From the NCBI GenBank assembly GCA_013265495.1, contig MU058000.1:1178001-1242000 (forward strand): a stretch of 64,000 bases of DNA, read 5' to 3'. Of this stretch, positions 39,061-51,226 are shown piece after piece (the first letter of the stretch is position 1; every line of letters starts with the position of its first letter). The position numbers and the translations under genes are program-made. The notes under the pieces are model-generated. The model worked only from the letters and a program-made list of their open reading frames with translations, was not told where the DNA came from and made no database searches. This DNA is from Vicugna vicugna. Taxonomy: Eukaryota.

Positions 39061-40829
39061 TGCTGCAGCTGTTTCCTTGTAAGCCGATTCTGATACTAAT
39101 AGAGTGAAGTTTTCCATCCCCTTGGGAAGTCTGAGGCTATAACGAGAAATGGCCTCAATGGGATGGAAGCAGCTCAGAGAGGCCAAATTCCCTTTTTGGT
39201 GATTTAAATGTTAATACCTTGGCACTTCTCCAGGCAAGTGTGCTATTAGAAGGCCGCTAAGGAGCTGAGTCTGTTCTAAGAAACCCCAGTCCCTATGGTT
39301 GGCTAAGTGAGTCTTTACAGTTCTTGAAGACAGGATTAGAGGCTTATAAGAGATTCCTAATGGAACCCAACTGTTCTTTCATCTTGTGTCAATGGCAATG
39401 TTTCTTCCCTTCGCTCTAGACCAGTAGAGGTGTCCTGGAAACTACTGTACTGGACATGCTTCTGTTAAAAATCTGGACCTATCTTTGGCAGCAATTAGAT
39501 GCTCCAGCACAGATGTAGTTCAGACAGGTGCTCAGTAAACTTTGTGTGTTTCTCTGCCAGAACTTCCTGCTCTATGTTCTCAGAAATCTTAGCTGCTGCT
39601 GTTGTTTTAACACCCATCATCTTAAAACCAAAACTCCGAACGGGAAACAAAACTAAGCAGTTAAAGAATTGGTGATTTAGTTTACTTTCCAGCAAACATC
39701 CGGGAATTTGGAACATCTGGATTATTTGGTTTGAAACTTTCAGTTTTCATCTGGCTTGGCGTTAGTTAGTATAATTGTATACTAATTATGCCCTCTTTAT
39801 TTGGCGGCGCTTGCCAAGCCCTGGTCTAGTGTCAGGCTGTGGCTGAAAGGAAGCCATCAATCAACCAGACGTGTCAATGACCTTGGGCTTAGCAGCTCAT
39901 AAACGTTTGTAAAAGAACATTCGGAGAGTACTGAAAAAATAAAAAAATGAAGACAAAAATTGCCCATTTTCCTATTATCGATTATAGTCACCTCATTTTA
40001 GTAATATTTTCATCTTGTTACAATTTCTCCATATGACACATGTCTTAGTGAAACATGTTCTTGAAAGAAGAAAGTGTACGTGTCTTACCCATATTTTATT
40101 TCCTCATGTAACAATCAGCACTTCCATGTAAATAAAATACTGTTTTAGTTATTGTTTTAATTATATGGCTACACCATCATCTACTTAATTGATTTTCTAT
40201 CATTGATTATGATTTAGATGGTTTCTACTATTTGACTGAATAAATAGCTTTTTGACATAAGCTTGTTCTGGATTTGGAATTTTTTATGGATGACTACCCA
40301 GAATTGGAATTGGCTATGACTTTTTGGAAGGTTTCAGCTGACCAGATCTTAAAGAGACTCATATCTTCCAAATGTTTCCCATGAGGCCAAAATCAGTACC
40401 TGAATTATGATAGTTATCCTCAAACTATTTATCGCTAGAAAAATTTAAAGTATTTATGAACTTCATCTTTTGAGCTACTTTTGTCTGCTCAAAGGTAAAA
40501 TTACCATGTAATAAGTGATTTCCATTTATTTGCCATCAAAGTCTTATAGAATGAAGTATATTCTTCATCCCCTCAGTTCTCTCAAATGATCAAGATGGGC
40601 TAGATAATGCAGACTCGCAGTTTGGGTCCATCAGCTTGAACTGTGTGTTTTCTTGGTGCTATTATAAAGAGATCCAGACAGGGTGGGAAGTGGGGATGGG
40701 AGTTGGAGCTAAATTCCTTAGGAAGAACCAAAGTTTAAGGGAGGGAAATTGGGGATATATATTGTCAGGTGAGAAGGGCAGGAGGACAGTGGTGGCTCCA
40801 AAATTTCTCCGTAAGAGATGATTCAACGA

Positions 40830-41340
40830 GAAGGACATTTTGTATTTTGATTAAAAAGAAGTTCTGGCACAGGGCAGTTCCAGGATTGTACAATAGATCC
40901 GTGATGTCACTGAGGGCCCAGGCTCTAACTCCTTGCTGTACCATGCCCAGCATGCAGGCTTTATCTTTATGCTTGTGTACTCAAGGTCACAAGATGGCAT
41001 CACATTCTTCGCCAAAGGGGTCCTGAAGCTTCCAAAGACATCCACAGGCAGAAAGAAAGAAAAGAACTGTCTCTTTTTCTTATCATAGAGAAAAATATTT
41101 TCTAGAAGCTCCTAGCTGACCTGCCCTAAGATGCCAATGGATAGAACTGGATCTTGTAGATACATATCATGTGAGCCAATCACTGCATGGTAGACTTAGG
41201 CCAGTCAGAGTTCAATCTCTGGGGAAAGGGAAGTGTTCCATCTTTCTTGAGCACTTTGCTGCCCATTATCTGAACAAAAGTGGCATTCTTTTGGCAAAGA
41301 TAGAAGGGTGGATTTGTTAGGGATACCTTGGACAGCACAG
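40830..41340 (-). mobile_element. MaLR MLT1(K-like) LTR
   Basis: gatgtcactgagggcccaggctc...ggtcacaagatggc...agccaatcactg. Confidence 0.7.
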
Positions 41341-41899
41341 CCAGCATTCTGGCTAAAGGAGGAGACCAAGCAATGTATGTTATTTTGCATAAAAATAGAC
41401 ATTTCTTTCTTAAATTGTGAATTTTTCTTTCTTGGGTAATTTGTCTGTGTGAAAGGGGATGGTGGTTAAAATTATGAGGAGCTAAAGGTCTCCCAAAGTT
41501 ACTCTATAGCTCCCCCTCAGAAAGACAGGGAAATAAGCCCGACACACAGAGTGACATAGGAGAGGAGTAGACTTTGAAGCAAAATAAAAAGGTTTAGGAT
41601 TATTTCGATGAACAATGTTGGAGGTTATATGATTTATCATAAGAGCTATCATCTGAAGTATGCTACATCAGACTGACATAAAAGTTCAAAGTCAGGGTGG
41701 CCTGTAGATGACAAACAAGAGTGAGGAAGAGGAGTCTGATTTTTACCAGCTTGTTTGAAATATTGGAACTAGTTTATGGAATCACTGGAGTTTGAGACCC
41801 CAGGCTAGAAATTATGAAAACCGTAGACTTCTAGTTCTCTTGCTTGTTTCACACCCTCTAAATAACTAGAAAGGCTTTGATGCTCAAATGACAGCTTAA

Positions 41900-42170
41900 G
41901 AAATTTGGCCAACTCTCAGGGATCCTTCTATTTGTTCTCTGAGAAGACATATCATCTCTTCTTGCAAATGTGCCCTGATTTTCAAGGTGGTGATTGGCTC
42001 TCTTCCTGTGGAAGCTTTTAGCTCTCTGTGCTCACCACTGAGGTTACACTTATCCCTCATTTTACTGTAGCCTGCAGTCTGATGCAAGGAACACAGCATC
42101 ATTACGACAGGAATAATGGAGACTGAATTAACAAGTGAATGAACCAAATTAAAGAATGAATTAAATAAAC
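41900..42170 (+). mobile_element. L2 3' fragment
   Basis: ctctctgtgctcacc...gaattaacaagtgaatgaa tail. Confidence 0.5.
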
Positions 42171-42869
42171 AGCATGAAAAATAATTCCCTTCCTTCTTTC
42201 AGAAGAGTCATCAGAATTATCAGAGTAGAAGATTTTAAAAATAAACATATACAATAAATTTTCTTGAACATTCTTCCATCTCCTGTAATCCCATTTCAAC
42301 AAGTCCTTTATTTCTAATGCTGAAGAACTTCACCCGGCCTTGAAATTAACAGCTAAGTATTCAAAAAATAAAAGGGACAGATTGTGTTATCAGATTTGTG
42401 CCCCGAAACCAACCATCCCCTGCCTCTTTTGTATAGTTATAAAGACCTAAATATGTTTGTAAAAAGCCTGTTTACTCAATCTGTATGCTAATAAAGATGG
42501 AAGTTTCTGGAATTTGACCTTTCTTGTTTAAACACATTTTATTGAAATATGTTTGGCTTTTTAATCTCAATAATGAATAAGATCATTTTTGACTCTGAAT
42601 TGCTTAAAAAAAAAACTCCCCCAAACCCCAAATCAGATTGTATTTGATGTATTGGACACTCTCAGAATCCTAGCTAATTTTCAATAGTATTATTACAATT
42701 TATGTCTTTATAATCCATATACTAGCAGGTTTATGCCTAGTATGGAATCAGATGATTAAAAAGATGTGAATATAGCCATTGTGACATGTTTTATTCTTGG
42801 TAAATTTTGCATAAAATAAATATTGCTATAGCTACATAGAAAACTTTTTAATGCAGGACAAATCATCTT

Positions 42870-43080
42870 CAAAGAGCACTAGCCAAGGAGTCATAAGAGT
42901 CAAGTTTGAGTCCTGAGTTTGCCTCAGATCATTCGTTATTTCCTACTGAGCCTCAGTTTCTTTCTCAGGAAGCTAAAGATAATGCTGTAGGTGTTAACTA
43001 GCTCATTAGCAGTTTTGATAAGGTGATTGTGTCAAAGGACTTTGCAGCCTTTAGAGAATTGCCAAGTATTATAATTATTA
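42870..43080 (+). mobile_element. MIR-family SINE
   Basis: gagcactagccaaggagtc...ctgagcctcagtttc. Confidence 0.65.
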
Positions 43081-44319
43081 GTCATGGGATCTGTGGGAAG
43101 ACTATTATCAGGACGAAAAAACCCTGATAGGTCAGTGGAATCATTGATGTGTGAGTGCAGTGCTTACGTTTTTTATAAGGAAAACTAATTGGTTAAATGT
43201 GGTGTATTTGCCATCTTGTCTTAGCTGCTCTTTCCTTTGTGACTTGATCAGAGAAGATGTGAAGTTAAGCAGTCACCTAGGAAGAAAGGATCCAAAGTTT
43301 GCTACACGTTTAAGAAATACTGAGGAAAATAAAACCTAAAGATATAAAGAGAAAGTGGAAGGATGGAAAAGAAATCTATTTTCTATGAAATAGTGCACAT
43401 AATCTCTTTGAAGTGTGTGTGTCTGAGTGGAGGGAAGAGGAAGCCGACAAAAGTAGAAATAAGAGCACACTGGCTTTTGATCGGTAGTGATGAAGTGGAG
43501 CTATTTAATCTCTAGATTGCCCTCACACTGTGTGTCTCTATTGTGCTGTGGCTGAACTCTTAACAGGCAGTTTCCATTGTGCCTGCTAATTTCAGCACAG
43601 TGTGAATCGTCCCCTTTCTTAAAGGGAATAGTTAGTTCAGTTGATGCACATTTCACTGAATCCACAAATCAATAAACCACTTGGAAAGAAGTAAAGTGTG
43701 GATCTTCCTGCATGGTCTCCTGATAGGGGAGACAAAGAATGGCAATAAGATCTGAAATCCCCAGCTGGGAGTTAAGCCTGCTTTCACTGGTCTGGCTTAG
43801 CTGATGACGTCAATTGGCAATGGCTTATGAATGTTATCTCTATAACCCTCTTTCTGCGGGTCTCTGGCTCTTCCAGGACAAGTCTAAGGGCTGGCGTACA
43901 ATTTCATCTCGTATCTTTAGAATCAGTGGAACATGGTTTTTAACTTAAGAGTGGAAATGGGCAGTGGGACAGGAGCTGGTGGAACCAATCCAATCGCAGC
44001 TTCTGAAATATGAAGTAATCTGCTGGGTAAGACACAAGATCATGGAGTATGGCAGTCTTTGAGCGTAGTCCAAACCACAGAGAAAACCCAGTATGCATCA
44101 AGTCCTGGGGCACAGAACTGGGCTGGGCTTGAGAGGCAGCATTCCAGCAAAGGGAGCCAAGGCAGTAGTCCGTTTTATCAGCCAGCACTCTTGATTGAAC
44201 ACAGCAGAAACTTATGTCAGCTATCTGAAGGAAAGAGTATTATAAGATGATTGAAGACTTGGAAAATTGATTGGAGGTTGGAGAACCTGGCTTAGGACAA
44301 AAAAGCAGGGTCATTCACC

Positions 44320-45260
44320 AAAAAGTCAATTCTTAGTGGCTTGAAGACCACATGTGAAAGTTAAAGCCATAAAGCTTTTTAGAGGACAATGCAGGAACAT
44401 ATCTTCATGAAGTCAGAGTTGAAGAGGATTTTTTTTTAACAGGACCCAAAAGATTCAACCCGTAAAGAAAAAGGTTGCTTTTCTACTGCATTAAAATTTA
44501 GAACTCTATCCGTCAAAAGACACTTTAAAAGAAGTGAAAAGACAGAGTAGGTGATATTTAGGATACTTAACTACCACATACCCAGAGCCAAAATATATAA
44601 AGAGCGCCTACAAATATAAAATACAAAAAAGACATCTAACTTGATAAAAATTTGTACATGGAACTTAAATGAACATTTAACAAAAAAGAAAATTGAAATG
44701 GCTCCTTAGTACATGAAAAGGTGCTCAGCCTCATTGGAAATAAGGAGAATGCGTAGTAAAACCACAGTGAGGAGCCATTACATACTCACCAGATTGGCAA
44801 ACATTAAAAAATCAGACAATACTAGCTGGAAGTGAGGATGTGGGACAAGAGAACTTTTTTTCCACTGCAGGAGCCTATGCTGGTGCAAGCACAGTGGAAA
44901 ACTCTTTGCCATTATCTCCTCAAAATTGAGAGCAAGCACACCCAATCACCCAGCAGTTCCACTGTGAGATGATCATCTGTAATAGAATGGATTTATAAAT
45001 AACTTCACAGCAACGAAAATGAATAAAACCTCATCTACACACAGTAGCATAGAAAAATCTCATGTACTACATAAAGTTCCAAAATAGGGAAAGAGATAAA
45101 ACTAAATTGAGTTGTTTAGAATCTCTAGGTGGTAGAATTATAAAAAAGAGCAAGAAAATAATAATCACAAAACACAGGTCTGCACTTATTTCTAGGAGAA
45201 AGGGAGAAGATTGTGATTGGGGAAGGGTTTGTGGGAATGGAGACAGGGGTGCTAATAGTG
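44320..45260 (+). mobile_element. Old L1ME-type 3' region
   Basis: catgaaaaggtgctcagcctcatt...aaaccacagtgag...caccagattggcaaacattaaaaa ORF2-end motifs. Confidence 0.75.
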
Positions 45261-47892
45261 TTTGCGTCACGCGAATGAGGACAAGTCACAGGGCATAACA
45301 CATACCATTGCTACCCAAGTTGGATTCACTGGGAGACAGTCATGCCGACAGTATCAGTGGCACACATGCAGGTCTCTGGGCAGCACACACATGTCTGGCA
45401 GAGCCAGATACAACTCTGGGAGAGAGATTGTAACCTCTAGACTTTGGGGCTTTTCAACTGCAATGACAGACCTTGGCTCCAGCCTTATCCCACCAGCTTA
45501 GTCTTTGTGTTGGAAGTGGCACTACACTTTCAAATTCAGGAGCCAGTGTCTGAGCCTGGCGGCTGTAGCTCTTTTGACTACAAGTGACCAGATTTGCAAA
45601 ATCAAGATTTACCCTCTCCTAAGATATTCAAAAGACGGTGATTCAAGCCTTGTGTTGACGAAGATCTAAGATCAGAGATCAATTGCCTTTATATCAGGCT
45701 GTTGCCTATTTCTGTGGTGCTGTGCAGGAAGCTAAATTTTCTTTGAGGTCAACTTATAGGAGAGTTAGTCTTGGGCAAGTTTAACTCCTACATCTGCTAT
45801 CAGTTTCCTTACCTGTTGCTGAGGTTACATGATTGTCTGTATTATAATTATTTTCCAAGTTTTAAACATATTTTAAATATTTTTCCCTATGTATGTCACC
45901 TTTCGTAATTAAAAAGAGAAAGGAAAATATTGGAATCAGGAGAACTCTGGAGGTGGCAGGGCAGGCACTAGAGCCAAGAGTCCAAGGCAAGCACAGTCTG
46001 GTCCTCAGGGGGCTTCAATACACCCTTGCATCATTCATTCTCAACTCTTAAGTCCCAGGACAGAGGAGCGTTACTTTGAGGCAGTGATAGCCTCCAGATG
46101 CACTAGCAGGCAGGTTATCCCAGAAGTCAGAGAACAGAGGGGCTCAGAGACCAAACTAAGATGCTCAAATAACATGATTTTCTAAATCAAATTAAGACAC
46201 AGTGAGAAGCAAGGGGATAGAGCTAGAGTAAGTAAACCTATCTAGTTTATAGAGAATGGAAGGGCCACACCATCTAAATCTTAGGATAAGCAGTCTTCAG
46301 ACGTCCCATCTCTCTATGCCACATCAAATCTTCTGCACCAAAGGTGTGGTTATGAGGACCACATCTTAGGTTTGAGCAAATGAGCCCACAGATGGGAGAT
46401 GCTTTGGGCCAACAACTCTTGCTCTATTGCAGACACACAGGGACAAGTACAACCAGGAGCAGCTGGGGCTTGCCAGTTAGCCTGAAGGGCAGCCATGGGA
46501 TGTATTCATCTTTCTTGAGCAGAGACCGCAAGAAGGCAGAATGGTTATCACCACTGGGTGATGCATTAAAGCCTCATATGTATTAAATGCTTATTTATAG
46601 TTAGGGTGTCCTGAATATTTAGTGCCTCTTGTGTATTTAGTTGCATGTGTGTTTAATACCCAGCTGCTTCATGAATATTAGGCATTTGCTGGTCCTTTCT
46701 TCCTCTCTCTGTTTGACCCACACATATACTGTACCTGCTAGCTTCTTATCTCATGCTTATAGCACCTCATTAGTTCTACCTTCATCCAACAAACTTAGCC
46801 TACTAGCTGCTTAAAAGATTCTGCCTAAGTTTTATAAACTACACACTTACTTATCTGGTAGAACTGACTATTTTCAAAAGCAAATGCACGTTACATATCT
46901 GGTTGGCTGAGACTAATTCACGCACCCATCTCTTTGGTTATGCCAGGACGTGGAGAAAATACTATGGCCCCTTTTGGGTATAAGGTAGGAGAGAAGTACT
47001 ACTTCCCACCAAGAATACTTACAAAGAAGAATTTTCCTGTAAAGGAGATCAGGGGGTGAATAGGAAGAGGAGACTGAATACTAGGTGGCCCTAATGAACA
47101 AAAGCCCGCCACACATATATAAAAGGGATATTTGCAGGGAAATGGGAATTGGGAATAAAGTTAAAGCCTAGCTACTGGAAATGAGATGCTGCATCTGCAT
47201 TAGTTAAGTAGGAGGACTGGTCTGAGTCTGAATCCAAGCATAATGGACCAGTATATTTAAGAATCTCTCTCTTTAGGGCAGAAGGGCTGTGTGACTGCTG
47301 GTCTTAAGTTTGGGCTGAGCTTCCGGATAGTGACTAAGTGTCTCCAAGTATGGAGAGTAGAAAGAATGCAGTAGCTGAGAGCAGCCTGGGTCTCAGAATG
47401 TCTCTCAGATTTCCTGAAGTCCTTGCCAGGCATGAATTTCTGCATTTCCGCTGGTAATTATTACAGACACTCCTTAGTGAAAAGTACAAAAATTTCCACC
47501 AATCCTACCTCTGGACTGTTACTTAGATAATAGAGGACCATTCTCTCTTGCTCTTTCCCTCTCTTCAGACACAAGAATATGCACGCACACTGACGTAAAC
47601 ATACATATTCATATTCTTTCAAAAGGAAACAATACTAGAATTCTCTCTCAATAGTAGAGTCATTTGTTGGTGAGTAACTGCCTTTAGATGATGCCTGAGA
47701 CTCTAGACAATTTAAATACTGTAGACAATTTATATACTCTAGAGAACCTCTCTGGTCCCTCAGCTGGCTAATTTCTCAGAGTTATTCTCAAATAGTCACC
47801 TTGGAAAGTTACTGAGAGCACTGTACCAAGTTTGGTGCCACCCAAGTTTTGAAAAATCTTTGAGGAACTTGTTCACAGCCTTTTGCTACTCT

Positions 47893-48457
47893 GTTTTTTT
47901 TTTTAACATTTTTTATTGATTTATACTCATTTTACAATGTTGTGTCAAATTCCAGTGTTCAGCACAATTTTTCAGTCATTCATGGACATATACACACTCA
48001 TTGTCACATTTTTTCTCTGTGAGTTATCATAACATTTTGTGTATATTTCCCTGTGCTATACAGTGTAATCTTGTCTATCTATTCTACAATTTTGAAATCC
48101 CAGTCTATCCCTTCCCACCCTCCACCCCCCTGGTAACCACAAGTCTGTATTCTCTGTCCATGAGCCTATTTCTGTCCTGTATTTATGCTTTGTTTTTGTT
48201 TGTTTGTTTGTTTTTGTTTTTGTTTTTGTTTTTTAGATTCCACATATGAGCGATCTCATATGGTATTTTTCTTTCTCTTTCTGGCTTACTTCACTTAGAA
48301 TGACATTCTCCAGGAGCATCCATGTTGCTGCAAATGGCATTATGTTGTCGGTTTTTATGGCTGAGTAGTATTCCATTGTATAAATATACCACATCTTTAT
48401 CCAGTCACCTGTTGATGGACATTTAGGCTGTTTCCATCTTCTGAGATTTGTAAATAG
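47893..48457 (-). mobile_element. Young, 5'-truncated camelid-type L1 (565 bp)
   Basis: Poly(T) at 47894; L1 3'UTR; perfect 17-bp TSD cagccttttgctactct at 47876-47892 and 48458-48474. Confidence 0.95.
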
Positions 48458-48817
48458 CAGCCTTTTGCTACTCTTGTTAAGTTAACCTCCCTTTTTAAAC
48501 CCTCTCCAGGGCTCAGAAACATTCTTTAAAGTATCCTTTCCCCTCACCCCACCCCTTATCACACAAACACAAATTACAGAACTCTACTCTAAGCAGAGCT
48601 GATACTGTACTTGGTCTGTAAGTAGTGTCTGAAGTATGATACATAAGATTTAGCAAACATCTGACTTTTGTCCTTCTTTGTTCTAAGTTCCTCCCACAGG
48701 GCACAATGGAATTAAGGCCCTGGGAACAGCTCTTTAGAAAAAGGTAAAATGATGACTATTATGCAAATTTTAAGAATGAACATGCATTAAAGACTTTATA
48801 TTACTCACCTATGAGAT

Positions 48818-49777
48818 TGAAAGGATCAGAATATGTCACCCCAAAGTATACCACTTTAGCATAGGGATTATTTTGCGCTGAAAGCAGTTGAAAATCAACA
48901 GATGCAGGACGAATTCTCTGCCCTACTCTTATCTACCTAAAAGTAGAGCATCAATTTTCCTTCGCGAAGGTGTCCATCCCCCTCTACCTCCTGCCAGTCC
49001 TCCACCCCCAGGAGGAGAAGATTACTCTTGTCACTGGAGACTGAGAACTGACACCAGAATGAGTTTGTCAAACAGTCCTGACTAAAATAAGACATTATCG
49101 TCCATTGGTTCCTCATATATTTCATAGTAACTTCCCCATGATGTGTTATCCCTTGTGTTACCCCAAAATTGGCCTTTACACCCCAAAAAGTGAATTCAAA
49201 CTTGGAGGTAGAGTTTTGGGAGCAAAGAAAAGATCAGTTTTATTGCCTGGCAAAGGGGAGTCACAGCAGGAGAGTGTCTTAAAGACTGTGAACCCATCTT
49301 GGGATTGGAGTCTGGAGGTTTTATAGAAAAACTGGGTGGAACAGAAAAAGTGATAACAAGCAGGGTGTTTACAAGGTGCTACACTCCCCTTAACCTCAGT
49401 GAATCTTCAGGAGGAACTCCAGAGGGTCTGTCCATTCTTCTGAGATTATCAGCCTGTTATCTCCTTCCTGGAACATAGCCTCTGGGTTAAAGTTATTCTC
49501 AGTAAAGAATAAATCAGCAAACAGTTTCATATCAGGGAAGTCAGTTTGTTAGTTTGCTTTTTACTCCTTCACTTGAAGCCCAAACCTCCTTTCCTGTATT
49601 AAAACGGTACATGAGCTCCGAAGTCTAACTGCTTCTTTGAGTTTCGCTTCTTTTCTGTGAACTCTGGTGCACATAAATATTAATTAAAATTGTGTGCCTT
49701 TTCTCCTGCTAAATTGTTTTTTGTTAGTTTAAGTCACAGGCTCCCAGGTGCTGGGTCTAAGAAGGTAGAGGGAAAGA
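48818..49777 (+). mobile_element. ERV1 MER34-like solo LTR (split by a second LTR)
   Basis: tgaaaggatcagaatatgtcaccccaaagtataccactttagcatagggattattttg start; ctaagaaggtagagggaaag end. Confidence 0.85.
49156..49571 (-). mobile_element. ERV1-type solo LTR nested in the MER34-like LTR
   Basis: TG...CA termini; perfect 4-bp TSD cttg (49152-49155 / 49572-49575); TTTATT near 49239 and ttttata near 49319 give a minus-strand poly(A) signal and TATA. Confidence 0.85.
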
Positions 49778-50585
49778 TGGAGGAAACAAGACAGATGTTA
49801 TAATTGGTTCAAAGGAAAAGTCAAATGACACACATTTATCTGGCAAGCAAAGGAATGTTGAAATGAATTGCCAATGGCGAAAAACTATGTTTTCCCCTGG
49901 GGATTAGAGAAATCAATTAAATCTCTACCAGACTGGCCAGAATTTACAAGCCTATGTGTTACCAAAACTCAAAGGGTTACAAAAGAGCTAAAAAACAGTA
50001 AAAGGCTAGATCTGATAACCTGAAAGGGTGTGCTGTATGTAGACAATGCAGAGCTGTCCACTGAAACCCAGATTTTTCATACACTATACAAAGCAGCTAA
50101 TGCTGTTTGTTGACTGTTAGTGTTTTCTTGACTCAAGTCTTTCTTTAACAGACTCATTACACATTAGGCTTTTATTCCTAGAGACTTGTAATGTTCTCAA
50201 GGTTCATGTGCTGAAGGTTTGAGGATTTTTGGAAGGACACTTTTAGAAGCCCTTAGGGTTGCTTGAGATTGGATTTTAGGTGCTTAGCTTTGTAGAGAAC
50301 TGAGAAATCAATTACTATGCCAGCTTCCTGGATGTCAAAATGGCCACAGTTTCACACCATTCCTGCCAGGGAATGAAGCAATCAACATTTTCCCCATTCA
50401 GAAATCTTTCATACCAGCTGTTCAACTTGACATTCCCCTTAAAGAATTCACAGTATTGGATACCTGTGCCTGAGGTCTTTAGAATTAAGAAATGTTTATA
50501 TTATATATTCTGGCAATGCTGATCTGTTTGTGTTATCCCCAAGGTGTTATCAGCTGCTTATGCAGTTTCTGGAGGAAAATAGATA

Positions 50586-51226
50586 CAGTCAATCCTCATT
50601 ATTCATGGATTCTGTATTTGCACGTTTGTCTACCTGCTAAGTTATTTGTAACCCCAAAATCAATACTCAAGGTGCTTTTGTAGTCATTCCCAGACATGCA
50701 CACATGGCAGAGTGGCGCAGACTTTTCATCTGACACATGTTCCCAGCCAAGGTGGAACAAGGTCCTGCCTTCTTGTGTTGGCTCTCATGTTGTAAACAAG
50801 TATCCTTTTCATGGTTTAGTTTGTGGGTTTTGTTGTTTTTTTTTTACATTTTTGTGCTTTTTGTTGGTGATTTTGCTGTTTAAAATGGCCCCCAAGTGTA
50901 GGGCTGAAGTGCTGTCTAGTTTTTCTACAAGCAAGGAGGCTGTGACGTGGCTTATGGAAAAAATGTCTGTGTTAGATAACCGTCATTCAGGCATGAGTTA
51001 TAGCATGGTGACTGTGAGCTCAATGTTTATGAATCCACAATACATGTTGAATAAGGTATCTTTAAACAGAAACACACAGAAAACGAGGCAATATATTGAT
51101 CATTTGAGAAATACTTGTGGGATCCTACGCCTGGATTTCCCTAGGAGCAATGATTTAGTATTTGCCAGTTCAGTGTTTGCGGTGACTTTGTAGAACGTAA
51201 ATACCGAAAACCAGGAGAATCAGCTG
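50586..51226 (+). mobile_element. MER82-type Tigger DNA element with N-terminal transposase HTH remnant
   Basis: CAGTC...CTG termini with TA TSDs (50584-50585, 51227-51228); encodes MAPKCRAEVLSS...LMEKMSVLDNRHSGMSYS. Confidence 0.9.

Noticed and set aside
39801..39817. NFI site TTGGC...GCCAA
   Set aside because: The spacer is 7 nt, not the required 5
50696..51193. Longest ORF in the window (165 aa) as a gene or domesticated transposase
   Set aside because: It lies wholly inside the MER82-type element. Only ~40 aa resemble the Tigger HTH before the similarity is lost, and there is no DDE domain.
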